A stretch of DNA of 57,355 bases from Methylotenera sp. (lineage in GTDB: Bacteria; Pseudomonadota; Gammaproteobacteria; Burkholderiales; Methylophilaceae): positions 1-57,355 of the forward strand of contig JAKFEP010000186.1 in assembly GCA_036675645.1 (NCBI GenBank), given 5' to 3'. Position numbers and translations under genes: made by a program. The notes under the pieces were generated by a model that saw nothing but the letters and a program-made list of their open reading frames with translations, had not been told where the DNA came from and searched no databases. This document shows, one piece after another, positions 40,762 to 50,112 of the stretch (position 1 is its first letter; each line of letters begins with the position of its first letter).

Positions 40762-41555
40762 GTTGAAAATAATCTACTGGCTGGCATTAAGCTACGGTAA
40801 TTCTTAATGGGTTTATCACTATTGATAAATTGGCTAGAGGCTGGTGCGTTTGTCACTTTCAATAAACTTTTCGCTACATTTGCAATGACATAATAGCATT
40901 CACAAGTTTTCGCTTCCAACGCGCGTCTGTTCAACACTATTATCTTCCCACGCTTGAGTTGGATGATGCCTTCACGTTGCAGATTACCAGCAATTAAGGT
41001 GATACTTTCACGGCGTACATTTAGCTTTGCTGCAATCGTATGCTGGGTAATAGCAATACTATTTGTTGGCGAATAATCCAGGGCATTTAACACTACCCGG
41101 CACAGTTGTTGTTCAATCGAATGGTGTCTACTGCACACTGAGATTTGCGCGATTTTAACGGTGCGTAATTGCAGGTACATTAGCAAGACTTGTAATAGTT
41201 CATTTGAACGTTTAATTTCTTCTTCTAGTACACTAGTTTTAACCCTATATGCATATCCCGTGCTTTGCACAGTCGCGCGCGATGCAAACTGGCTATCTAT
41301 CATCGGCGGCAGGCCAAATATACCATCACTCCTAATCGCTTCCGTTTCAAGAGAAATGTCTGTTGAGCTCTGATATACCGTTGAAATCACCGCTGTAATG
41401 GGGAAATAGCTATAAATCAATGTTGAACCGGCTTCATATAGCACTTCGCCTTGCAACAGGTTAATGAGTTGCAGTTGAGAAATGAAAGCATGCTGGCCTT
41501 TAGCCTCAAGCATGTTTAGCAAGCGGTTTTGTGTAGGCCGCGGTAAGTTAGGCAT
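40758..41555 (-). CDS. Crp/Fnr family transcriptional regulator (paralog 4, divergent)
   Basis: QNRLL, YFPITAVIS, SVCSRHHSIEQQLCR, HTH LNVRRESIT, TCECY; ATG 41555 preferred over TTG 41576. Confidence 0.85.
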   Translation of the reverse strand: MPNLPRPTQNRLLNMLEAKGQHAFISQLQLINLLQGEVLYEAGSTLIYSYFPITAVISTVYQSSTDISLETEAIRSDGIFGLPPMIDSQFASRATVQSTGYAYRVKTSVLEEEIKRSNELLQVLLMYLQLRTVKIAQISVCSRHHSIEQQLCRVVLNALDYSPTNSIAITQHTIAAKLNVRRESITLIAGNLQREGIIQLKRGKIIVLNRRALEAKTCECYYVIANVAKSLLKVTNAPASSQFINSDKPIKNYRSLMPASRLFST

Positions 41556-41664
41556 AAGAATCAAACGTTTATACAATTAATGAATTGGTCAAATTCTATA
41601 AGCAGCATGCAGAATCAGTAATAGAAATTTTACTGAATATATTGTCAGACTATGACTACAGGCC

Positions 41665-42972
41665 TTATAAATCCACTACATAACCCCAATCGACTAACTG
41701 TTGCCAATCCTTGGTTACCAGGTCTGCGCCGATATCCTGGCGATAGCGAATATTAGGCACTATCACCTTGACTGCTAATTCATAAGCTTGCTGGCGCGCA
41801 GCTTCAATCGTGTCACCGCGACCAACTGCAGTTGCTACGTTGCCGGTGACGCCACTGGTAATAAGATCATCATTCAGTTTTGCCACTTCAGAAAAATGCA
41901 GATGCCGTTTGTCGCTCTCCGAAAAAGAGGGTTGAAATGAAATAGGCAGGCCTTTAGACAACACTTCATAGCCATAGATGTATGGAAAAGGCGGTACATT
42001 CAAAACCACTCCCGCTGCAAAACCATCACGCGTTGCAATAAATAGGGATGACTTTTTAAGCATACGCCGAAATAATGTTTCCCATGCATCTTGCTGTAAT
42101 GCAGCGCATATAGAATAGCCCGGATAGCCAAAGCGGCTGGTAAATTCCAGCGGCCACAGCCCTTCTGCATTGGCTATCATATTTAAATTAATGTATCCAC
42201 AATAACTACTTTCTCTAAGCTTTGATTCAAGCTTGAGCAAGCTTTGCCGAAAAATCATCTCAGATCCACGGTAAGTGACAATCGTGCCCATTTCCCCCGT
42301 TAACTCACCCAAGTTTCCAGAAAAGAAGTGTTTATGCTCCCAATCTAAACAGGCAGGTTGCAAAAATTGTTCGCCGTTAAAATACGCGCCAACGCCCACT
42401 TCTATGCCATTGATATAGTCCATTAATACAAAGTCTAAGCTTTTGTTTTTATCTGTATGATTTTTGTAATGGCTTAAAAGTGTGATGAGATCAGCGCTAT
42501 CTTCGGTCATGCTCACGTAGTTACGCGTACGTTCGCAATTGGCTCCATTATGTTTATATACATAGCGTTTGTTGGTCTGGCGAATGAATGCAATTGCCTT
42601 ATCAAAATCTGTAAATTTATAGGTATTGGCAATGGGCATGCCCATTTCTTGCATGATTTGTTGGCCATATTGACGGTTCCCTTCCAGCATATCTCCAAAT
42701 GCGCTACCGCCAATCACTTGATAACCGTCCAGCCTTAACGCATCCTGAATATCACCTTTGGTAGCAGATTCGAATAAAATGATGCCATCGCTACCCGCTT
42801 CACGAATCCACGCTAATTCACTGGGCCAGTCTGTCGTAAAATTTAACATACCGGCATAGACGTCATGGTAGTCAGCATTTTCTACATAGACTTTTACAGC
42901 ATGTCCAGCCTGCATCAGCCGAATGTACATGGCGCCCAAATCACAATATTCGCCTATGCCTAAGAATTTCAT
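41665..42972 (-). CDS. PurD-like ATP-grasp ligase (not a canonical GAR synthetase)
   Basis: ATP-grasp with LTGEMG and LEFTSRFGYP; lacks the PurD GGREHA motif. Confidence 0.75.
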   Translation of the reverse strand: MKFLGIGEYCDLGAMYIRLMQAGHAVKVYVENADYHDVYAGMLNFTTDWPSELAWIREAGSDGIILFESATKGDIQDALRLDGYQVIGGSAFGDMLEGNRQYGQQIMQEMGMPIANTYKFTDFDKAIAFIRQTNKRYVYKHNGANCERTRNYVSMTEDSADLITLLSHYKNHTDKNKSLDFVLMDYINGIEVGVGAYFNGEQFLQPACLDWEHKHFFSGNLGELTGEMGTIVTYRGSEMIFRQSLLKLESKLRESSYCGYINLNMIANAEGLWPLEFTSRFGYPGYSICAALQQDAWETLFRRMLKKSSLFIATRDGFAAGVVLNVPPFPYIYGYEVLSKGLPISFQPSFSESDKRHLHFSEVAKLNDDLITSGVTGNVATAVGRGDTIEAARQQAYELAVKVIVPNIRYRQDIGADLVTKDWQQLVDWGYVVDL

Positions 42973-42992
42973 TTGGCGAAAGAATTCATCAC

Positions 42993-43955
42993 TTATACAG
43001 AATGATTTCGCGCAATTAGAACGACTGCAGCAATCCTGTCTGCCATGCGGTAAGCTTCGTTATCCAATTCTTCACTAAAAATATCAGGGTCCACTTCTGT
43101 ATATTCATAGGTAAACCCTGCGAAATCTAATTTAACCGCAGCTTCTGCCAAAAAAGCATCATAGCCGTTCACAATCGCAACGCCCGTGTACAGCAACAAT
43201 GCGCCATTTGGGTTTAATCGTTCGATAGCGGTGTCCACAATATCCAAAGACATTCCAGCACCGAGCGGGCCACCGCCATGACGATAGACGCGTTCAGATT
43301 CATCCAATAGATAAGGTGGGTTCGCGATTATCAAGTCGAAACTGCCGGCAACATTCTTCAGCAGATCACTATGTACCAATTCGATGTGATGCATGTCGGC
43401 AGCCGCCATATTTGCGTGGGCTAAGTTTATTGCGGCATGATTAATATCCGCCGCGATTATTTCAGATTCTGGCAAAGCCAACGCCAGCATAACAGCGCCT
43501 ACGCCACTGCCAGTACCTATATCGACGGCTCTGTGAATAGGTTGTTGATTGGTTGCTAAGAAATGATATATGGCTCTGGCAAAACGATAGCTGTCTGGTC
43601 CAAAAAAAATGGCCTCACTACTGGATGTGGGGAAAGCAGAGTGCAAAAATAGTTTGCCATTGAGGCTGGAAACGCGTAATTGACTTTTCAAGCCATTTTC
43701 AACTTTGGTGATAATATTGGCCGAGTGCATTAAATCAAATAACGCAGTATCGATAGCTTCTGGATTAAAAGGCCGATTCCAGCCAAAAATATCTACCAAA
43801 TCGTTGCCCATTGCATTTTCTATCCGATTATTTACTCTTTCGTGACTAGCTGGGCTAATCGTAATAAATTGATAATCATGCAATTGCAGATAGGCCAACA
43901 ACAACTCTAGATGGTGTTGGTTGCTAATCTCATGTTCTTGATCTGTAATATTCAT
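42993..43955 (-). CDS. Class I SAM-dependent methyltransferase (HemK/PrmC-like, NPPY motif)
   Basis: VDIGTGSG motif I, IANPPY, FFGPDSYRF. Confidence 0.85.
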   Translation of the reverse strand: MNITDQEHEISNQHHLELLLAYLQLHDYQFITISPASHERVNNRIENAMGNDLVDIFGWNRPFNPEAIDTALFDLMHSANIITKVENGLKSQLRVSSLNGKLFLHSAFPTSSSEAIFFGPDSYRFARAIYHFLATNQQPIHRAVDIGTGSGVGAVMLALALPESEIIAADINHAAINLAHANMAAADMHHIELVHSDLLKNVAGSFDLIIANPPYLLDESERVYRHGGGPLGAGMSLDIVDTAIERLNPNGALLLYTGVAIVNGYDAFLAEAAVKLDFAGFTYEYTEVDPDIFSEELDNEAYRMADRIAAVVLIARNHSV

Positions 43956-43988
43956 GAGATTAGCTTAGCAGGCCAAAATTGATTTTAA

Positions 43989-44004
43989 AGTACGCTAACG
44001 CACT
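43989..44004 (-). promoter_or_regulatory. Palindromic Crp-family box upstream of the methyltransferase operon
   Basis: Plus strand AGTACG-CTAA-CGCACT; on minus strand 21 nt, TAAGCT, 6 nt, ATG. Confidence 0.78.
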
Positions 44005-44122
44005 TACAACCCTTACATTTCCAGAGTAAATAAGTTAATTAAGAGTAATATAGATTGGTATCTAGTCAGACTAGAGTTAAGAATACGTACTATTTCATAG
44101 CAACCTCAATTGAAAGTGTTTC

Positions 44123-45283
44123 ATGAGCAATGAATCTAAAACACCGGCAGAATTAACTTCCGAGCCTGCACCAGACAACCTACTGGGGCTCAATTCTATA
44201 CAAGTTAAAAATGTGGGATTAGTGGTATTAACCACGATTGCAGTGATATTTGTTTTAGACTGGGCGCAGAGTTTTATCGTCACCATGTTGTTAGGGATAC
44301 TATTAGCCTACGCGCTTAGCCCACTGGTCAGTCAAATGGAGCGCATCAAAATCCATCGCTTCGTCGGCTCTACAGTGGTTATTCTGGCTTTGATTGGCAG
44401 CATCATCTTTGCCGGGTACGGTCTACGCGGCCAAGTGCAATCTATTATTTCAACTTTGCCGGAAGCTGCAACAAAGCTCACTTCTCATTTTGTTCCGAAA
44501 CGTGGCGAGCCTCTGACAAATATACAAAAAATACAAATTGCTGCAAATCAAGTTGAAAAGGCTGCAGCTGATGCAGAAAACAATCTCGCCAAGCCCAAAA
44601 AAAACATCATGCATGTTGTTCTAGATGAAAACAAATTTAAAATTGGCGACTTTCTATGGCGTAGTTCGCTAGGCGTTTTTGGCTTTATTGCAGAAGCGGT
44701 AACGATGATATTTCTTGCGTATTTTCTCCTGCTTTCTGGCGATACCTTTAAACGTAAGTTGGTAAAAATTACCGGGCCTACACTCAGCAGAAAAAAAATT
44801 ACCGTCAATATCATCACTGATATCAATTACTCTATACAGCGCTATATGTACATGCTGCTAGTGACCAATATTATTGCAGGTGTTTTATCCTGGGTGACAT
44901 TTCGCTTGCTAGGTTTAGAAAATGCTGGCGCTTGGGCGGTTGCCGCTGGCTTTATGCACATCGTGCCTTATTTTGGCCCTGCTGCCACAGCGGTCGTCAC
45001 CGGCATGGCGGCTTATATGCAATTTGATTCGATCTTGATGGCATTGATAGTTTCAGGGGCTTCAGTGTTGATTGCGATCATTGTTGGCGTGTTTATTACC
45101 ACTTGGATGACAGGTCGCATTGCCCAAATGAATTCTGCAGTTGTTTTTATATCGCTTATCTTTTTCTCTTGGCTATGGGGCCTATGGGGGATGTTGCTTG
45201 GCATCCCGGTTATATTCATCATAAAAGTGATCTGTGAATACATAGAACATTTACAACCGATTGCTGAGCTACTTGGTGATTAA
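44123..45283 (+). CDS. AI-2E family transporter
   Basis: Multi-TM; LAYALSPLV, YFLLLSGD, HIVPYFGP, WLWGLWGMLLGIP. Confidence 0.88.
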   Translation: MSNESKTPAELTSEPAPDNLLGLNSIQVKNVGLVVLTTIAVIFVLDWAQSFIVTMLLGILLAYALSPLVSQMERIKIHRFVGSTVVILALIGSIIFAGYGLRGQVQSIISTLPEAATKLTSHFVPKRGEPLTNIQKIQIAANQVEKAAADAENNLAKPKKNIMHVVLDENKFKIGDFLWRSSLGVFGFIAEAVTMIFLAYFLLLSGDTFKRKLVKITGPTLSRKKITVNIITDINYSIQRYMYMLLVTNIIAGVLSWVTFRLLGLENAGAWAVAAGFMHIVPYFGPAATAVVTGMAAYMQFDSILMALIVSGASVLIAIIVGVFITTWMTGRIAQMNSAVVFISLIFFSWLWGLWGMLLGIPVIFIIKVICEYIEHLQPIAELLGD

Positions 45284-45305
45284 ATAAATTAATCCGTTTG
45301 CGGGT

Positions 45306-48038
45306 TTAAGCATTAAGCTTATTCTGATTTGATTGTGACTTTTGAACAATTTGCTCGAATTGTTTATTTGATACTGGTTTAGAAAACAGGTAACCCTGTG
45401 CATAATCACAGCCAGCTTCTTCCAGTAGGTTTAGTTGTGCATTGGTTTCCACACCTTCTGCAATCACCTTCATCTCAAGCTTGTGGGCCATCAGGATAAT
45501 CGCCTCACACAAGCCCATATCATTTGATCCAGCGGCAATATTACGTACAAATGACTGATCAATCTTAATGTAATCGATATCGTATTTTTTCAAGTACGAC
45601 AGGGAAGAATAGCCTGTGCCAAAATCATCAATCGCTATCTGGATACCGGCATTTCTAAACGCTTGCAGTCTTTCGGTAATGCCGCTGGCTGCATCCAACA
45701 ATAAACCCTCTGTAATTTCAACAGTGATGCACTGTCCGGGTAATTTCATTTTTTCCAATTGCTCAAGCCAGCCAAAATCTTGACTCTTAAATTGAATCGG
45801 CGACTTATTAATGCTTATTTGAAAATCAGGATGCAGTGTCTTACGCCATTTCTTAACTTGTTGCACTGCTTGCTGAAACACCCAATCACCAATTTCAACA
45901 ATAATGCCGGTATCTTCCGCAATCGCAATAAACTGTGCCGGATTAATCATCCCCAGTGTTGGGTGATGCCAGCGGATCAAGGCTTCAGCTTTGCGAATTT
46001 GTCCGCTCTCTATCTCAACAATAGGCTGATAAACCAACTTAAACTCGCCTTTTTCACGAGCATGCCTTAAGTCATTCGCTAAACGCATTCTGGCTTTAGC
46101 AGAAGTTTGCATGGAAGCAGTAAAATAGCTATACCGATTGCGGCCTTCGGCTTTGGCGGCATACATCGCTTGATCGGCGTTTTTCAATAAATCTTCAAAC
46201 TCGGTGGCATCAATCGGGTATAGCGTAATGCCGATACTGGCTGAAATATAAACTGGTTCAGTTCCCAAATTAAACGGCTTTACCAGGTTGGCCAAAATAT
46301 TTTTAGCCACTTTATCCAAAGCAGTAGAGTCATCCATCTGTGTTAGCAAAATCACAAACTCATCGCCACCCAAGCGCGCCACGGTATCGATATCACGTAC
46401 ACTTGCTTGTAAACGCTCTGATACTTCTTTCAGTAGTGCGTCACCTTGATTATGTCCAAGCGTGTCATTCACCTCTTTAAAATGATCCATATCGAGAAAC
46501 ATCACCGCAAGCAATGACCCTGTACGTTCGGATTTTTTAATTTCTTGTTCCAGACGATCACGAAACATACGGCGGTTAGGCAGACCAGTAAGACTATCAA
46601 AATTGGCCTGTTGCCAAATCGTTTCTTCTGCTTCCCTTTGTTTGCTGATATCTCGCAAAATACCTAAGACGCTTCGTTTACCGCGAAAATCGACTGCAGA
46701 TGCGCGTAAATCCATCCACAGCGACTCTTTGCCGCCCTTTAGCAAAAACTTCACTTGATAATTCTTAGTTGGCTCACCTTCGCCAGTGATGCGCATCCTG
46801 AATCGCTGATTCCATACTTGCAGATATTCCGGTGCAATCACCTGTGCAAATGGCATATCGATAAATTCTTCGTAGGTGTAACCTAACATTTCAGGCAAGA
46901 TAGGGTTGAAGAAAACAAAGCGGAAGTCTTGTGCAACAAAAACCCCGTCTACCATCGCCTCTAGTAAGGCACGCTGGTTTGAGTCACTCTCACGCAGCTC
47001 AGCTTCCATGATTTTGATTTCATGAATATCAATGTGCGTACCCACCATGCGCGCTGCCTTACCATCCTCTGCATAACTCACCACCTTGCCACGAGAAAGT
47101 ACCCATTTATAGCTACCATCCTTGCATTGCATACGGTGTTCAAATGCATATTTATCTGCTTTTCCGCTGATATACTCCTTTAGTGCAACCAGTACATTTG
47201 GCAAATCTTCTGGGTGTACCATTTTCTCCCAACCTGCAATACTGGCTTGAAGTTCGTCATCTTCATAGCCCAGCATGGCTTTCCAGTTGTTAGAATATGT
47301 CACCTCCCTGGTAAGAATGTTCCAGTCCCAAACACCGTCACGCGCACCATCAAGCGCAAACTTCCAGCGCTCCTCATTGACACGAATCATATCGACATAA
47401 GCTGCGTCTCTGAGCACTAATCGGCGTGACAACAACACACCCAAAGCCATGAGTATGATGGTGAAAACCAACATAAATATTGCAATTAAAGTTTGTGCCT
47501 TGCGCGAAGCTGCGCTGATGGAATTGGAAAAAGCGTCCTCTATTGGCCTCAATTCAAGATTGATCTTGTTTATACGCTGTATTAAAGGCTGGATCGTTTC
47601 AGGTTTAGTTTCGCCGGACTTAATATGTTGGCGCAATTGCTCTGCCAGTTGCACGATTTGGTCTATTAAGTCATCACCCTGCTGCCAATAACCAATAGAA
47701 GGTTTTAGTAGGCTGGTATGCTGGAATATTTGAAACAGTGTAATCATCCCCGGTACATCTTCCGGGTTGTTTTTACCTAAAATAAGACCTTGGGTAACCA
47801 AGTCAATATCAGGGCTTTCACTTTGCAGTTGAATACGTGCCTGCTTATCACCTAACGGCACTTCGATTGCTTTTAAATACTGTTGATAATCAGAATCAGC
47901 ATGGCTTTTGGCATATTGATTGAGATAGTAGACAGACTCTTTTTGTGATTTTGACCAAAAGCTTTCGCCGCTCACATAAGCCCGGACAGATGACAGCGTT
48001 TTCATGCTGACCACGCCCAAGACGAACAATAGCGCCAC
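45306..48038 (-). CDS. Membrane-anchored PAS-PAS-GGDEF-EAL protein (start probably further upstream)
   Basis: TM plus periplasmic region, two PAS domains, GGDEF, EAL, DDFGTGYSSL, EGVE. Confidence 0.9.
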   Translation of the reverse strand: MALLFVLGVVSMKTLSSVRAYVSGESFWSKSQKESVYYLNQYAKSHADSDYQQYLKAIEVPLGDKQARIQLQSESPDIDLVTQGLILGKNNPEDVPGMITLFQIFQHTSLLKPSIGYWQQGDDLIDQIVQLAEQLRQHIKSGETKPETIQPLIQRINKINLELRPIEDAFSNSISAASRKAQTLIAIFMLVFTIILMALGVLLSRRLVLRDAAYVDMIRVNEERWKFALDGARDGVWDWNILTREVTYSNNWKAMLGYEDDELQASIAGWEKMVHPEDLPNVLVALKEYISGKADKYAFEHRMQCKDGSYKWVLSRGKVVSYAEDGKAARMVGTHIDIHEIKIMEAELRESDSNQRALLEAMVDGVFVAQDFRFVFFNPILPEMLGYTYEEFIDMPFAQVIAPEYLQVWNQRFRMRITGEGEPTKNYQVKFLLKGGKESLWMDLRASAVDFRGKRSVLGILRDISKQREAEETIWQQANFDSLTGLPNRRMFRDRLEQEIKKSERTGSLLAVMFLDMDHFKEVNDTLGHNQGDALLKEVSERLQASVRDIDTVARLGGDEFVILLTQMDDSTALDKVAKNILANLVKPFNLGTEPVYISASIGITLYPIDATEFEDLLKNADQAMYAAKAEGRNRYSYFTASMQTSAKARMRLANDLRHAREKGEFKLVYQPIVEIESGQIRKAEALIRWHHPTLGMINPAQFIAIAEDTGIIVEIGDWVFQQAVQQVKKWRKTLHPDFQISINKSPIQFKSQDFGWLEQLEKMKLPGQCITVEITEGLLLDAASGITERLQAFRNAGIQIAIDDFGTGYSSLSYLKKYDIDYIKIDQSFVRNIAAGSNDMGLCEAIILMAHKLEMKVIAEGVETNAQLNLLEEAGCDYAQGYLFSKPVSNKQFEQIVQKSQSNQNKLNA

Positions 48039-48262
48039 GATGAAGCAAAATGGCCAAATAATTGTTATTAATTGTTTGTTTATCGAGCGGATTTCGTGCT
48101 TCCTTACTAACTAAATGTACATTTAAACAATTTAAAAGTACGCTTTAATTACCTATTAAAGATTCACCGTGGTTTGATTCTAATCTTAAGACGCACTGGT
48201 GGCAACACATGAAACTCGTTAGGATACACTAACGCAGAATTTGGCTATGTTAACTAGCAAAC

Positions 48263-48293
48263 AAAAAAGCCTAGTCATCTCTGACTAGGCTTT
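48263..48293 (-). terminator. Intrinsic terminator (likely the original tRNA-Lys terminator)
   Basis: AAAGCCTAGTCA-TCTC-TGACTAGGCTTT with a T-run on the minus strand, just past the displaced tRNA 3' end. Confidence 0.8.
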
Positions 48294-48298
48294 AAATT

Positions 48299-48344
48299 TG
48301 GTAGGGTGTGCGGGGATCGAACCCACGACAAACGGATTAAAAGT
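48299..48344 (-). repeat. att direct repeat: duplicated 3' 46 nt of tRNA-Lys
   Basis: 45/46 identical to 53506-53551, running from the anticodon loop to CCA. Confidence 0.93.
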
Positions 48345-48585
48345 TGTTATAACATACTGTTTTTATTATAAAATTACTCGCCATCACTCGCTAATTCTCG
48401 TAAACATTGGTCATAGTTGTCACGTTCTAAGTTTTTTTAATGTCCATTTTCGACCCATAACAGACACTCAACGTGCTTACTCAGGGGTTAGTCGTCTTTT
48501 GTATGCGAACGGATGGGTCTAGTCGGGCGCGGGAATAAATAGCGCAATTATTTACAACTACAAATGTAGTCGAGGTAGACTGTTC

Positions 48586-50022
48586 TTATTGGCTATTAGC
48601 CAATGCTAATTTCCAGCAATTCTTTCCCATTGCCTTAGCCTGATACATAGCGGTATCTGCAAGACTTATTATCGTATCAATATCTTTGCTATTGTTTGGG
48701 TAGACTGACACGCCAATACTCGCAGATATACTGGCTTTATGGACACCCAGAAGGAAAGGGTTGCTAATGGTGTTTAAAATCTTTTCAGCTAAAACATGTA
48801 CGCCATTTAGATTTTCCAAACCACTAAAAATGATAGTGAACTCATCGCCACCTAGTCTTGCAAAGGTGTCTGACTCCCTTACACATAGACTCACTCTCTG
48901 AGTGACTTGGATTAATAGGTTATCACCTGCTTTATGTCCAAAATTATCATTTACCCCTTTAAAGCCATCTAAGTCTATAAACATGAGGGCAAACATTTGT
49001 TTTGCACGGGATGATCGCTTTACAGCCTCTTTTAATTTTTCAAAGAACATCCTTCTGTTTGGCAATCCTGTCAAAGAGTCAAAATTTGCGTGTCGCCAAA
49101 TAATTTCTTCTGTCTGCTTACGGTTTGAAATATCAGTATGAGTACCAACCATACGTTTCGGTGAGCCTGCAGCATTCCACTCAACAACCATACCCCTTGT
49201 CAAAATCCATTTATAACTTTGATCTTTACAGAGCACTCTGTGTTCAAGCTTGTATTCATCTATGCTCTTGTTTAGGTAGTCATTAAGTCGCTTTTGGACT
49301 GTTAGAAGGTCATCTTTATGAATTATTGAAAGCCAAGCTTCAGGCGAATTTAAAAGGTCATCATCTTCATAACCCAACATTTCTTTCCATTTAGTAGAAA
49401 AATAACTGATATTGTTTTCAATATCCCAATCCCACACACCGTCACCTGAACCCTCCAAAGCAAATTTCCATCGTTGCTCACTTTCATCAAGTTGTTTATT
49501 AATCAGTTCGCTTTCAATGACCAAGTCTCGATACTTATTACGTTCAGTCCTTAGTTCAAGTAGTTTCATAGCTTGATTAGCCAACAACATTAAGATATTT
49601 ATCTGGCTATCAGTCAGCTCCCGAGGAATTTTATCCATTATGCAAAAAGTACCTACTGCGACATCACCTGATGTACGCAAAGGTACACCAGCATAAAAAG
49701 CCAAATGAGGGGCATTAATTACAAGCGGGTTATTAGCAAACCGAGGATCCATAGAGGTGTCTGAAATAATAAGCGGATCATGTTGCTGGATGGCAAGAGT
49801 ACAGAAAGAAACATCTCTGGGGGTTTCTTTGACCGTTAAACCTACTGCCGCCATGAACCATTGACGGTGTGAATCTAGAATAGTAACTGTGGAAATAGGA
49901 ACTTCAAAAATTTTAGACGCAAGATTAACTAAATCATCAAAATCAGATTCTGGAGGAGTATCCAATATTTCTAAACTTTTTACTGCCATTAAGCGCTTAT
50001 GCTCTTGTAAAGCATCAATCAT
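48586..50022 (-). CDS. GAF-PAS-GGDEF diguanylate cyclase
   Basis: ILDTPPE..FDDL GAF, DGVWDW PAS, FARLGGDEF. Confidence 0.9.
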   Translation of the reverse strand: MIDALQEHKRLMAVKSLEILDTPPESDFDDLVNLASKIFEVPISTVTILDSHRQWFMAAVGLTVKETPRDVSFCTLAIQQHDPLIISDTSMDPRFANNPLVINAPHLAFYAGVPLRTSGDVAVGTFCIMDKIPRELTDSQINILMLLANQAMKLLELRTERNKYRDLVIESELINKQLDESEQRWKFALEGSGDGVWDWDIENNISYFSTKWKEMLGYEDDDLLNSPEAWLSIIHKDDLLTVQKRLNDYLNKSIDEYKLEHRVLCKDQSYKWILTRGMVVEWNAAGSPKRMVGTHTDISNRKQTEEIIWRHANFDSLTGLPNRRMFFEKLKEAVKRSSRAKQMFALMFIDLDGFKGVNDNFGHKAGDNLLIQVTQRVSLCVRESDTFARLGGDEFTIIFSGLENLNGVHVLAEKILNTISNPFLLGVHKASISASIGVSVYPNNSKDIDTIISLADTAMYQAKAMGKNCWKLALANSQ

Positions 50023-50112
50023 TAGCTACTCGCTTTCAAGAAATAATTTTTAGAAGTACTTACCAGAGTAATATTCTATATTGTGAATTAGAGATATAAT
50101 TTCCCAGTGAAT

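Noticed and set aside
41665-42972. Calling this gene purD
   Set aside because: PurD signature motifs are missing or altered and there is no purine-operon context
48137-48238. Box-like half-sites AGTACG (48137) and CTAACGCAGA (48229)
   Set aside because: Only one half-site each; the 48229 site has no -10 at the 21-nt spacing
48299-48344. Second tRNA-Lys gene
   Set aside because: Only the 3' 46 nt are present; the D-arm and 5' acceptor strand are missing
48298-48522. 74-aa ORF
   Set aside because: It is the antisense reading of the duplicated tRNA end and att arm
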